DNA of 64,000 nt, from NCBI GenBank assembly GCA_946965045.2, contig OX337228.1, forward strand, positions 1,054,001-1,118,000, given 5' to 3'. How positions within the stretch are numbered: the first letter of the stretch is position 1; every line of letters starts with the position of its first letter. The position numbers and the translations under genes are program-made. The notes under the pieces are model-generated. The model had not been told where the DNA came from and made no database searches. It saw only the letters and a program-made list of their open reading frames with translations. The DNA is from Epithemia pelagica (taxonomy: Eukaryota > Protista > Bacillariophyta). Shown here piece by piece: positions 9,814-20,196 of this stretch.

Positions 9814-12027
9814 CTATGAAAAAACAAAGCCAGCATCAACTAAGGACTCCTGATCAGCATCAATATCTTGCCGAATAGCCGTCATTAGCGATTCATGGAT
9901 TTGTGTTTCCAATTCTTCCATTTTTCCACATGTTTCGCGCCAACAACGAAGGGTTGGATCAACTGGATCTGAACTCGATGCCCTTTGGGGGGGACCAGTT
10001 GCGGCTGTCAATGCTTCCGAGAAAGCAACCTGAATTTCACCCTGCTTTTTGTCCAGGGTTGTGACAGCCGTCTTAGTATCAATCTGAACGATTCCGATGT
10101 ACTGCGGCAACGACCGCACATACTCGTGCCAATAGGTCTCATCATCATTTGACTGCATTTTCTCATTGGGAGCGTTCTGGAGGCAGGGGACAGAATTTGG
10201 GCCCGATTGCCTCCGTGGTTTCTTGCGCACTCCGTTGATTTGTCCATCGGGGGACGTAAGAGCCTTGAATTCCATTGCCTGCAACTTTACAAATGCAAAG
10301 TAGGGCAGACATTCCTTAGGTTGGAGAAACCAAAGCTGTGGCATCGCATGACTGTCGACCAACTTGCATGTTTCCACAAACTCAACAATCATCGATTGCT
10401 TGACAGGATGGTGTTTCTCAGCGACAGTCAGTTGAAGAGCTGCAATGGTCAACCTTCCGCTCCTTTTGATCATGATAATAGCGTCAATCGCAGCAAAAGT
10501 TTCATTCTTGGCTTTTGCAAACACAGTAAAATCTTCATTATTATTCCGTACAATCTCCTTGGCCTTTTCCAAGAAATCCGCCATTGCCGTAAACTCGATG
10601 AATTCCATTTTGGATGCCGATTCCTGAAGCAACACTTCAACAAAAGCTTCCGTGGAATCTACGGGAAGCTCAGAACCGACGATGGTTATGTCCGCTTGAC
10701 GCTTCTTTATTGCCATCGTCAGCAGAGGCTCCCAAATGCAGCCACCAAAGCTGCGTGCCTTCGGCTCTACAAGCAGGCCTTTCATTAGTTTCTGAAGCTT
10801 ATCATATGAACGGGAATCCTCCTTTTTCATTAGCAATCGCCAAATGTATGGCGAGGGGATCTGGAGCTTGAATCTTTTTCGGAAGCTGTCTGTAGGGATA
10901 ATGTGTCCAACAAGGCCGGGATACATATTACCAAGCGCGGCGGTACTCCCCTCATTTCTTGGAGGAGAATCGTCCAAGAGAAAAAGATGTTTCACTAGCA
11001 TTTCCATTCCGTATTTCGAAATAGCTCCATCCACCATCTGCTTCGCTCTATCTGGATTTTGAAGGCAGAGGCGTGGGACACCTCCCACATACTCGAATGC
11101 GTTTTTCGCTGCGGCAACTGCATCATGGCCCTTGTTGGCTGCCATTTGCTCTACCTCACGTTCGCTTGCTGAATCAATGAAACAAAAATTACCATCAGTT
11201 TCACTCCAAGTTTGTTGCTTCCGAAGCCTTCTCCATCGTTCGCTGTTCGCTGAGCTAACAATGAGAAGGAATCCGATGGGGAAAGATCCAACATCTCCTC
11301 CGCTGAGATCCACAATGTGAAGGGTCTTATATTCGTTCCTCTGGTTGCCAGCCCAAATCTCGTTGCCGTTGCACATATAATGGACTTCCCAACCAAAAAG
11401 CTTTGCCATGAATAAACCAATGATAGCGCCAAGAATTGACTTGCCGGTTCCCCGGACTCCAGTCAGTACCATTGTATTCTTTTTCCGGTCCTCGTCTGGC
11501 TGTGCCTGGGCGTACTCTTTATGAACTTGCTCGAAGAACGCAATCGTTGAGCAAAGAATGTAGGAATAGCACTGGCGCCAATAAACTGAGCTGATTTCAA
11601 CGTCAAACCATGACATGCGCTCCACTTAAATGAACCGCTGCTCGTTGACCCTCAAATTTGAAACATCTTGATCAAAGAATTTCTTCATCGATTTGATATT
11701 GGGCGGCAGTTGCGGAGGATCATGCTCCTGTTGCAGATCGTTAGGTGGACCCACCACAGTCAGCGCACTTCTACTCGTCGTACCTTCTGGGACAGGATCA
11801 CCAGGATCAATGAATTCCACTCCATCCGGAATCGGCACCGTTGTTCCTGGAGGGTACACGTTCAGTCTAGACGCGGGGAAACGTAGTTGCTCTTTCTCCT
11901 GGATTTGGTCTTTCAAATCAGCGACATTGTCCCCTGTAAAATTTTTGATTTCGATGACAGAAGGGTTGGTATCATTCGTGTCGTCGTGGTAAAGGCGGAT
12001 TCAAACGTCGTTGTTGGTTGCTGCCAT
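9814..12027 (-). pseudogene. Crinkler/RHS-like gene (ubiquitin-like header + NTPase + REase) with two in-frame stops
   Basis: ATG at 12027. One frame throughout, interrupted by TGA (12001-12003) and TAA (11626-11628). Header NVADLKDQIQEK..LNVYPPGT; Walker A TGVRGTGKS; YVGGVPR; G..WE; FAAIDAI..LQLTVAEKHH. Confidence 0.75.
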
Positions 12028-12588
12028 GGCTTTTTTTTTGCGCCGTGGGTTTACAGGAGAAAATATGAGTCTTGAGTTGTGGTTCGATGGTTACCAGCTA
12101 CCAGCATGATGCGCCTAGAAAATCCAGCTGAAGACTACTGATGCCAATGATCCTGTTGTTTGCTGCCGTATCAACATCGTCCTCGTCAACATTTCTCTTT
12201 CTCAACCAGTCTTTCAAGTCGTGGACTGAATCAAACTTCACGTTGTGAATGCTCTAACTCTCCAACCCCACATCTCGTTTTTTCCTGTGGAGATAGAACC
12301 ATCCGTTGAATCTTTCAAGCCATTTTACTATAGAGCTTAATAGTGGGCCCCAACGGACTTGCGGTTACAGTTTTAAATCAATTAAAGATAACTTCTGAAA
12401 AAAACCACGGGTGTGGAATGCCCCGCGTGACAACGCGCGGCGAGTCTGCATATGTTATGTCGCGGCCAACTGTCCCATATTTTCAGACTTTTTCACGAGA
12501 ATGGTGTAAACCACCTTAGAAGCCCCCTTAGTTTTTCTATACTGAGCACCGATGGCTCTGATGTTAACTTTCCAGAACCCTTCCTTAT

Positions 12589-13160
12589 AAAGCAATCGAT
12601 GATTATTGAGTTTTTGGAAACATGCAATTTGGTCGACAGTCGTGCAATGCCACAGCTTTGGTTTCTCCAACCTAAGGAATATCTGTCCCCCTGTGCATTT
12701 GTAAGTTGTAGGCAATGGAATTCAAGGCTCTTACGTACCCCGATGTACAAATCAACCGAGCGCGCAAGGAACCACGGAGGCAATTGGACCCCAATTCTGT
12801 CCCCTTCCTCCAGAACGCTCCCCAAGGGAAAATACAGTCGAACGATAAGACCTATTGGCACGAGTATGTGCGCAGTACATCAGAATCTTTCAGATTGATA
12901 GTAAGACGGCCGTGACAACCTAGGACCCAGGACAGAGACAGGGTGAAATTCAGGTTGCTTTCTCGGAAGTATTGACAACCGCAATCGAGTTCAGATCAGT
13001 TGATCCGGCTCTTCGTTGGTGGTGCGCAACGTGTAGAAAAATGCAAGAATTGGAAACACAAATCCGGCTATTCGGCAAGATATTGATGCTGACCCGCAGT
13101 CCTTAGTTGATGCTGGCTTTGTTTTTCCATAGGAGGAAGATGGCGACGACGTCGTCGATG
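12589..13160 (+). pseudogene. Inverted, degenerate copy of the 3' end of the 9814-12027 gene
   Basis: Encodes KQSMIIEFLETCNLVDSRAMPQLWFLQPKE and MEFKALTYPDVQIN..TYWHEYVRS, and includes the stop and 3' flank (GTTGATGCTGGCTTTGTTTT..ATAGGAGGA). Matches the reverse complement of ~9790-10401 with frameshifts and deletions. Confidence 0.88.
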
Positions 13161-14170
13161 ATGACCTTATGACTTTGGGTTGACAATTATTTGTTGTTGT
13201 CAACCTTTGAGTTGGGGACAGCAATTTCTTCTCCGGTGCTGTTTACAAAAGAAAAGGCGGCAGCTTTATGCGGAATGGCTGAAGATTACAAAGCAAAGAT
13301 TCACACCATTGTTTTCTCTGATGCTACTTCAAGATCCAAGCGGGCTTTGATGAGCATGTTCATGGGTGCACCACGAAAGGGGGCGACTTGGTCCACGATT
13401 CCGCTTATCGTTCCTGCATTCATGTGGAAGAGTAGCTCAGAAAATTCTCTTGAGAACCGTACCAGCTACATGAAGTATCTACGGGAAAATGTGCGATTAC
13501 CTGGCAAATATTGTATATGTTCCAGGGCGTTCATTTGGATCGCCAATTCTTGGATGTCGATGGGATTCCGATATCAGACAAGTTCGTGTAACAATCGATG
13601 TTGTCATCATGACTCGAAATGACGCGAGACAGAAAGCTATCCGGAATTCATTTGTGCTCAGATGGAGGTAACCTATAATGAACAAGGATTACAGTCCACA
13701 AGTCGTTGCGGTGCATTTCGCGACGGCGTTTCTTCACCAAATGCGTGGAATCGTTTGACAGACCTTGACTTGTCCTGGACGTTTTCTGGTCCGCCCGTTA
13801 CGACGACGCCCACGGGGTTTTGCTCTTTACAAGATTCCTACTACCCTCCCCAATAGACTCTCCGACAATGATGTCTTTGAGACACTTTCCCAGGCGAAAC
13901 GCTCCCAAACCGGTCCCACAACAGACGACATGAGTGTGGATGAAAGTTGCAGACGAATCAGGAGGAGGAGGATGTCGACGGAGCACAGGGAGGCAACCAC
14001 GGAGCATCGCCACACTCATTTGGGGGGATGGAGGGCAGCCATCCATGAATCAAAAAGACTTCCCGACAAGTAGAGACATTGTTCTTTTGGAGGCAAATTC
14101 CCCTTTTCCCGATTTCATGGATACTCCAGCACAGAAGAAAACTATAAATTGGGCTCCGACACTTCTCACA

Positions 14171-15463
14171 TCAAAAACCCGTGTCATATTCAAAGCTACC
14201 TGTCTCAACCTTCAGCAGGACCTTGTTGAGACACTCTTCGAAACCGGTGCAGGATAGAGCAAACACTTCCAGCTCAACACCATCATCCTCAGTCGAAACA
14301 AACAACTGAGAATTTTCGTCTTGTTCCAAATACACATGACGCAGCATATATTCAAAAGGACCCATCATCTGTGATATCTTTTTCCAAACCATTGGAGTGT
14401 TCTGAGGAGGAGGAGTCCCAGCGTGGATTGGATTCGATCTGTGCCACTGCTGCTGCACCCAAGCCACCAGGAACGCCACCATCTCTTGCGCTACAGCCTC
14501 TTGTGATTCGTGCAATTTGGCAGGTCGCTCGGTGGTGGTGAGAAACCATTCCGACTGGCGCTGAAATAGTTCGCAATGGAAGGCCTCCTCGTGGATCCTT
14601 ACGTGTTCTTTGTCCAGGAGTGCCTCAAGCTTGGACAGATCGCAGTACGGCTTGAGTGTATGGCCCTTGGGCGCATATTGCAATTTCAAATTGTGGGTGT
14701 ACTTGTGGAGGAATACCTTGTTTAGCGACCCCTTCCGACCACCCTGGACATAGTCCCACACGGAGGCCAGTAAACAAGCGGATACAGCGTTACCCAGCGG
14801 TACCGACATGGTTGGAAGGTCCTCTTCCAACTCGAATTGTGGCCCGAGGTGTTGGCCGTCTGTTCCGACGCGAAACGCCATGCGCAAATTGGTCGCATCA
14901 CACGCAATAGGTAACATGGGTGGATCCACCAACACTGTAGTCTTCTTGTAGTTGGGAGTGAACTGGGACGGACTCCGCGATGGATACGTGTCCGTGAACG
15001 AGGCGACCGCGAAAGCGGCATTGCCAATGTCCAAAACAGTGAGAACCGAAGCCACGGGCTGGATACTTTGAAACGTGACTGTGGATCGGCCCAAACGGAT
15101 GCCACCTCCGTCCACGCCGCTGAAACCGTAACCGGAGATGATTCGGACGTCGCACTCGACTTGGAGACTCTTGTCGCTCACTGGAGTCGACTTGCCATAG
15201 ACCCGTTTCAAGTATGTGAAATAGTCTTTCGGCAAGTACTCCACAACTCCTTCGATTTGGTTTTCGTTGATTACCCTCTCGGCGGTGGCGATTACTTCCT
15301 CGTTGGTATTTAAGAGTTTTGGAGCAACCAACAGCTGGACCTGTTCGGGGGGAATGTTCAAGGCATAGGGTACAAGAGCAATGGGACAGAGCTCCCAGAA
15401 AGCTTCTCCGCCGCCACCGCCACCACCATCACTGAATATAAGCTGAAAGGACAAGGGAGCCAT
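14171..15463 (-). CDS. Hypothetical protein (430 aa, no recognised domain)
   Basis: Long ATG-initiated intronless ORF with normal globular composition. Confidence 0.55.
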   Translation of the reverse strand: MAPLSFQLIFSDGGGGGGGEAFWELCPIALVPYALNIPPEQVQLLVAPKLLNTNEEVIATAERVINENQIEGVVEYLPKDYFTYLKRVYGKSTPVSDKSLQVECDVRIISGYGFSGVDGGGIRLGRSTVTFQSIQPVASVLTVLDIGNAAFAVASFTDTYPSRSPSQFTPNYKKTTVLVDPPMLPIACDATNLRMAFRVGTDGQHLGPQFELEEDLPTMSVPLGNAVSACLLASVWDYVQGGRKGSLNKVFLHKYTHNLKLQYAPKGHTLKPYCDLSKLEALLDKEHVRIHEEAFHCELFQRQSEWFLTTTERPAKLHESQEAVAQEMVAFLVAWVQQQWHRSNPIHAGTPPPQNTPMVWKKISQMMGPFEYMLRHVYLEQDENSQLFVSTEDDGVELEVFALSCTGFEECLNKVLLKVETGSFEYDTGF

Positions 15464-15563
15464 TTCACAGAAAATAGGTAACCTTATTCGGTTGATCGAA
15501 AAGACAGAAGTGGGATCGAGTCCATCGTTATTGGTTTGAGGTTTACCTGTAGAGAGGTTCTTG

Positions 15564-16161
15564 TAAGGGCTGGGTAAGCCGATCCATGTTCGGCTAAGTA
15601 GGCTCAGTACATTAAGCTACGTAGTACTGTTTTCATCACTGTAACAAGTGGGGCGAATGGTCACAAATCGAAAACTTGCTGCCACGAGAAACAATGCAAT
15701 CCGGAAACCATCACTCGACAATGGTCGAAGAAATCATCCCCATGGCAATAACTTCATGGATAATTGAGCCTAACTGAATCACTTTTAGAATAATACTCTT
15801 GAATACTAGAGCAACTATGGTTTCAATTTGATTCAGTCACCGTTGAGAAATGAATGAGTTAGGAAGGTTTTTGGATTACATCACCAGTATACCTTTTGAT
15901 CCAACGCGACAAATCTTCTGTAGCTGCAGAACACAGTAATACTAGCAAACTCAAACAACTTACAGTAGTAGGATGTTGATGCGATGCATCGGTAAATGCA
16001 TGCGGCATCAACGGATCTCGCCGTCATCGTGGAGTGTTTTTGCATTTTTTCGGACTTCCCACCATTTCAGGTATGACGTGTACTATGGGATTTTATGTAC
16101 GCTACGTAGCTTTTGTACTGAACCTACTTAGCCGAACATGGATCGGCTTACCCAGCCCTTA
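15564..16161. mobile_element. MITE (~600 bp) with ~60-bp TIRs
   Basis: Outer 39 bp (TAAGGGCTGGGTAAGCCGATCCATGTTCGGCTAAGTAGG, including the flanking TA) are a perfect inverted repeat; similarity continues to ~60 bp; AT-rich non-coding interior. Confidence 0.88.
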
Positions 16162-16286
16162 CCCCCTAGTAGCGGATAGTGAGTCGTAAAGATTCGTGAC
16201 TAAGATCTTGTGTCCATTCCTATACTCACGAATCCACACAAAGAGGGGAGTCACGGAATCTCATGATTCACCCTCCGCTTGGGGAG
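16162..16286. mobile_element. Small palindromic MITE-like element, copy 2
   Basis: Homologous to 9470-9588 in both arms and part of the interior; flanked by TA. Confidence 0.6.
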
Positions 16287-16893
16287 TAGAGGTTCTTTGA
16301 GAATCTCGCGCCGCCGCGGGCCTGTGCTTTGCCTCTCGCGTTTGTCACTGCGACATCGCCACGCGTCCCAGTTCCTCGACGACGACGACGACCCACACCG
16401 TCGCTCATTTTTGTTTCTCTTCTTCCCTGGGCGAAAATAGGGGGGGAGAAGGCAGAGGAGAGGGGGAGAGGAGGGGGAGAGAGAAGGAGAGAAGAAGGAG
16501 ATTCCGTAAGTCAGATTCCTTCATGAAATCGATCCGCGTATTGCTCGCAGTCTCACGTTTGTTTCCTCTGACGTATGAAATGTTCTAGGAAGCTCCAAGC
16601 TTCCCTCAGAGGGGAGAAGGCACTTCCCCTCCAAAACGATTAAGCCCTTCATGTCGTTTCAGCACCTTTTTGTTATTGAAGCGACATTCTACACTGGTAC
16701 AATCCTCCCGACCATCCGATGACCTTTCACGTGGTTCTACGTAGCATGTGATGAGGCGTATCCAGTCTGTGCTTCGCATCACGATCGGAACTGCTTGCAC
16801 CTCGCACAAGATCTTGTCATAATTTTTTTTGCTACGATGTTACCCACTACGAATTTTTCTTTTTGTTGTTTGTCATGCAGGTATTCAGGTCAA

Positions 16894-19800
16894 TCAAGAG
16901 AATGAAGATGGTGCCTTGTTCAAGGCTTGTTTGGGGCAGCGTCGGTCATGGGGTGGACGTCCTTTCCCTCGTTCTACGCAGTACTTCATGTACTTGACGC
17001 AACAGAACTGGGTTTGGACACGAGGTGGTGGTCCGAAGGGAGGAAAGGTGGGCATGCATCTCGGGACGGATTGAAGACCACCCCAGCCATGGGGATTGCT
17101 GTGGAATGCAAAGGGGTATTGCTGTTGATCGGGGAGTGTTGTTGGCCGTTGCTGATTTTGCTTGTACGGGTTGACAGGTTGGTTTTTCTGTCTTGTTGTC
17201 GTTGTTGTTGTTGCCGATTGCAGTACCACCAACCCATTTGCTGTTGTTGCCATTGCAGGTGTGCTGTTTGCTGCATTTTGAGGCTCTTTGTGTTGTTGTT
17301 GTTGATCCTGCACTGTCGCTGCTGATTGATTTGTTGCTGCCATCGTTGTTGTTGGTAAGGCTTTGCTGTTGTTTGTAACCTTTTGCTTTTTGTTGCTGGT
17401 GTTGTTCTCATCCAAATCGTCGCTCTCTTTTTCTTCTCCCTCTCTTTCCTTTCTCTTATTGCTACTGATTGCCTGTGCTTGTGCTGTTTCTTGTTGTTGT
17501 GTCTGTTGTTGTGTTTCTTGCCGTGTCTGTTGTTGTGTTTCTGGCTGTGTCTGTGGTTGTTGTATTTGTTGGATTTCATCTTCGACCTCTGACTCCTCCT
17601 CTGCCAAACCCAACAATGGAATGGACGTGTCATGCGGCAACCTCTTCTTGTTGCTCGCACATTTTCGGCACTGGCATCGATCGTTGAGTGGATGCTTTGG
17701 AACTTGTTGCGTGATTTCTTTTCTCGTTTCCAGGTACTCGGAGAAAAACCGTTCTCCCGTATCTTCTGGAAGCTTCTCAACCTCTGGAAAGGGAGGACGA
17801 GAAGCTCCAGACATCGAGGCAAGTATATTGATCATGTTTGTTTTGCATGCGTTACCAAAACTCACCACCATTTCCCATCCTGCAGGCACCACTGAACGTT
17901 CTTCTTGAGACTTCGTCATGATTCTCATCTTGTGACGAATTGCCCTGTTATACTGGGCCGTGCCTGCCAAATTCAACGCATCTGCGAGAGTTTCTCGCAT
18001 GCCACAGTTGGCAAAATGCGTCAAATTATCATGAAAGCTCTTGAGCTTACTCTCTCCTCTCAAAGGTACGTACTCCACTAGCTGGTTGCTTGATCTTGGT
18101 GATGGAGGTATCTCACGATACATTTTCTCCACGGGCAAGGGATCAGCAAGGAACTTTGCCTTCTCTTTACAGTTTTCCAGTGCTTGATGTGTTTCGGCCG
18201 TAAAAAGAGGTTGATTGGAGTGTGGATCCAATCGGCCTTGTGCTGGTGGCTTGCCAGGAGTGGAAGTGCACTTGTATTTGCACTTCCACTCCTCCAACTT
18301 GAGGACAATCGTATCGCCACCCCGAATAATCTTCCGTAAGTTCTTTGAGTACCTCTGTCGAAAGGTCTTGGTTCCCATCATTTCACTGATCTCTTCGTCT
18401 GTGTATTGTTTCTTGGAGCTTGACATGGTGCCATTTTTCAAACAGCCAACAAGTTTCTCCAAGTCTTCAGGATGGTACTCGTAGATCGCATCCAACAAAT
18501 CCTTCATGGCTATCCCAAAGTCAATGTGCCGTTGTCTGAGCGTCTTGGTTATCCTCTGTATGAAATGGAAAAGGCCAAGACGGCCCTCCAAGTCATCAAC
18601 CAACAACAACCAAAAATCCTTGCCACAAGGCCATGTGTCAGAGTACATGGCCTTGGGGCAAAACCCGGTACGTCTCAGCACTTGTTCCGCAGCATGTGCA
18701 AACTCGAGTGCTGATGTGTCGTGCACTAACACTGCACAAGCAATTTCTCCTGCCTCTGTTGCCATGGTCCACATTGCAGCTGCATTGAGGCGTCTTGGAT
18801 AATTTTTCACTACCTGGTGGGTGTGGTCGTGAGCAAACATGTGCTGGCATCTAACCCCTTGAATCTCTCTTGTGTTTCTCTCATTGTCAGACACCATCCA
18901 GGGTTGCCATTCGGAGCTTGCTCCATCATCATATAGCTGGCGGATTGTCTCGCCTAAAGGTGGGTAGCAAACCAGAAACTCACCATCCTTTTGCACGTAG
19001 TCTTCTGATTCTTTTCCTGTAGCAGCACAATAAGAATAGTATCTCATTGTCTTGTCTTCATAATAGGTGTTGATTCCTTCATATAGCATCCGACTGATGT
19101 AATCCCCATTGCCATAGGTTACCATTGATGCTTCCATTATCCTCGTAGCATCTTTAGCTAGATGCGATGTTCCTCTAGCATACTTGGGTTCCACTGGGTA
19201 ACACATAGCCATGTAGGGAGGCAGTCGTGCGAGCAATTCTCCATCATTCGCATAGAAGGCAGCCGAGCACCCGGCACACTTGTATCCCATAAGTATTGCA
19301 TACTTTGGGGGACCAGACATGGCGAAAATGGGGAAAAGGGACTTGTTTTTTGAAAAGTTCGATCGCGTACGCTGGAGATTACCCCGGCAACGAGGACAAC
19401 GCAAGTGGTGACTGGGGAAAAACAGCTCCCAATCAACAACCAGGAGTTCCTGTCCCACAATCGAGTCGTACAAAGCACTCGTGTTGTCGGCAATGGGGGG
19501 TACAGTAACGGTAATATTAGTGAAGAAAGGTTTCAAATTCTCAACACAACGCTTAGAACCAAGGCACGTGTCGGTCACATAACTCGCCAACGCATGCACA
19601 GCACGTGGGACATGCACCTCCGTAGGTACTGCTGTCACACGCATAATAACCTCAAACTTGAAATCTTCGGCTGTTGGAACATACGCGCCTTCCTCGCCAC
19701 CAACGGTAGAACTTTCCGTTGCCATAGTCACACTAGTAGATTCTGTGTTTTCATTTTCAGCCCCTCTCTTTGCGTTTTTCGACGTGCAATTGGGACGAGG

Positions 19801-20196
19801 TCGCATGAAAACATCCACTGCCTCCTTCGTAACATTGGAGGCGGACAGTTTCTCACCACTGGTAAGTGGTTTGCGAATTGCTGCTGCATGGACAGCCTGG
19901 GCCTTTTCTGAGGCCACCACCTCTGCTCCTCTTCCATCGTTCATTCCCTTGCCCGTTGTTGTTGTGTTTTTGCTGCATCTGGGGTGGTGAGGGCGATGAG
20001 GGATGGCCATTCCTCTTGCCTTGGCCCTGCAGATGGGGCAGTCGATGTCGGACTCAAAGATGACCGAAAGGTCCATCTTTCTCCAACCTGAACGCTTCTT
20101 CCAACTCTTCTTTGGCCAACGAGAGTACTGATTTCCGTATCGTTGCGACTGTGGCCCCATGGCCTTGGCCGCTGTGAATTGTGCTGCAGAACTCAT
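16894..20196 (-). CDS. MULE-like DDE transposase-derived protein (DUF6729-type N-terminal region), possibly inactive
   Basis: CPRC..YKCAGC zinc motif; AHDHTHQV (D1), MYSDTW (D2), RLGLFHF (DxxH position), RGESKLKSFH (E position). Motif order matches, from memory, the DHTFK/YVD/LDIWHF/LESFH transposase family. No TIRs found by eye. Confidence 0.65.
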   Translation of the reverse strand: MSSAAQFTAAKAMGPQSQRYGNQYSRWPKKSWKKRSGWRKMDLSVIFESDIDCPICRAKARGMAIPHRPHHPRCSKNTTTTGKGMNDGRGAEVVASEKAQAVHAAAIRKPLTSGEKLSASNVTKEAVDVFMRPRPNCTSKNAKRGAENENTESTSVTMATESSTVGGEEGAYVPTAEDFKFEVIMRVTAVPTEVHVPRAVHALASYVTDTCLGSKRCVENLKPFFTNITVTVPPIADNTSALYDSIVGQELLVVDWELFFPSHHLRCPRCRGNLQRTRSNFSKNKSLFPIFAMSGPPKYAILMGYKCAGCSAAFYANDGELLARLPPYMAMCYPVEPKYARGTSHLAKDATRIMEASMVTYGNGDYISRMLYEGINTYYEDKTMRYYSYCAATGKESEDYVQKDGEFLVCYPPLGETIRQLYDDGASSEWQPWMVSDNERNTREIQGVRCQHMFAHDHTHQVVKNYPRRLNAAAMWTMATEAGEIACAVLVHDTSALEFAHAAEQVLRRTGFCPKAMYSDTWPCGKDFWLLLVDDLEGRLGLFHFIQRITKTLRQRHIDFGIAMKDLLDAIYEYHPEDLEKLVGCLKNGTMSSSKKQYTDEEISEMMGTKTFRQRYSKNLRKIIRGGDTIVLKLEEWKCKYKCTSTPGKPPAQGRLDPHSNQPLFTAETHQALENCKEKAKFLADPLPVEKMYREIPPSPRSSNQLVEYVPLRGESKLKSFHDNLTHFANCGMRETLADALNLAGTAQYNRAIRHKMRIMTKSQEERSVVPAGWEMVVSFGNACKTNMINILASMSGASRPPFPEVEKLPEDTGERFFSEYLETRKEITQQVPKHPLNDRCQCRKCASNKKRLPHDTSIPLLGLAEEESEVEDEIQQIQQPQTQPETQQQTRQETQQQTQQQETAQAQAISSNKRKEREGEEKESDDLDENNTSNKKQKVTNNSKALPTTTMAATNQSAATVQDQQQQHKEPQNAANSTPAMATTANGLVVLQSATTTTTTRQKNQPVNPYKQNQQRPTTLPDQQQYPFAFHSNPHGWGGLQSVPRCMPTFPPFGPPPRVQTQFCCVKYMKYCVERGKGRPPHDRRCPKQALNKAPSSFS

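Noticed and set aside
13178-13205. 9-bp hairpin GGTTGACAA..TTGTCAACC at the end of the inverted fragment
   Set aside because: Short, single occurrence; could arise by chance.
13191-14170. Several short plus-strand ORFs that may be a decayed gene
   Set aside because: No diagnostic motif; frames cannot be joined with confidence.
16438-16502. Polypurine (GA-rich) tract as a transposon end or polypurine tract
   Set aside because: No adjacent LTR or matching terminus near 20400; simple-sequence tract.
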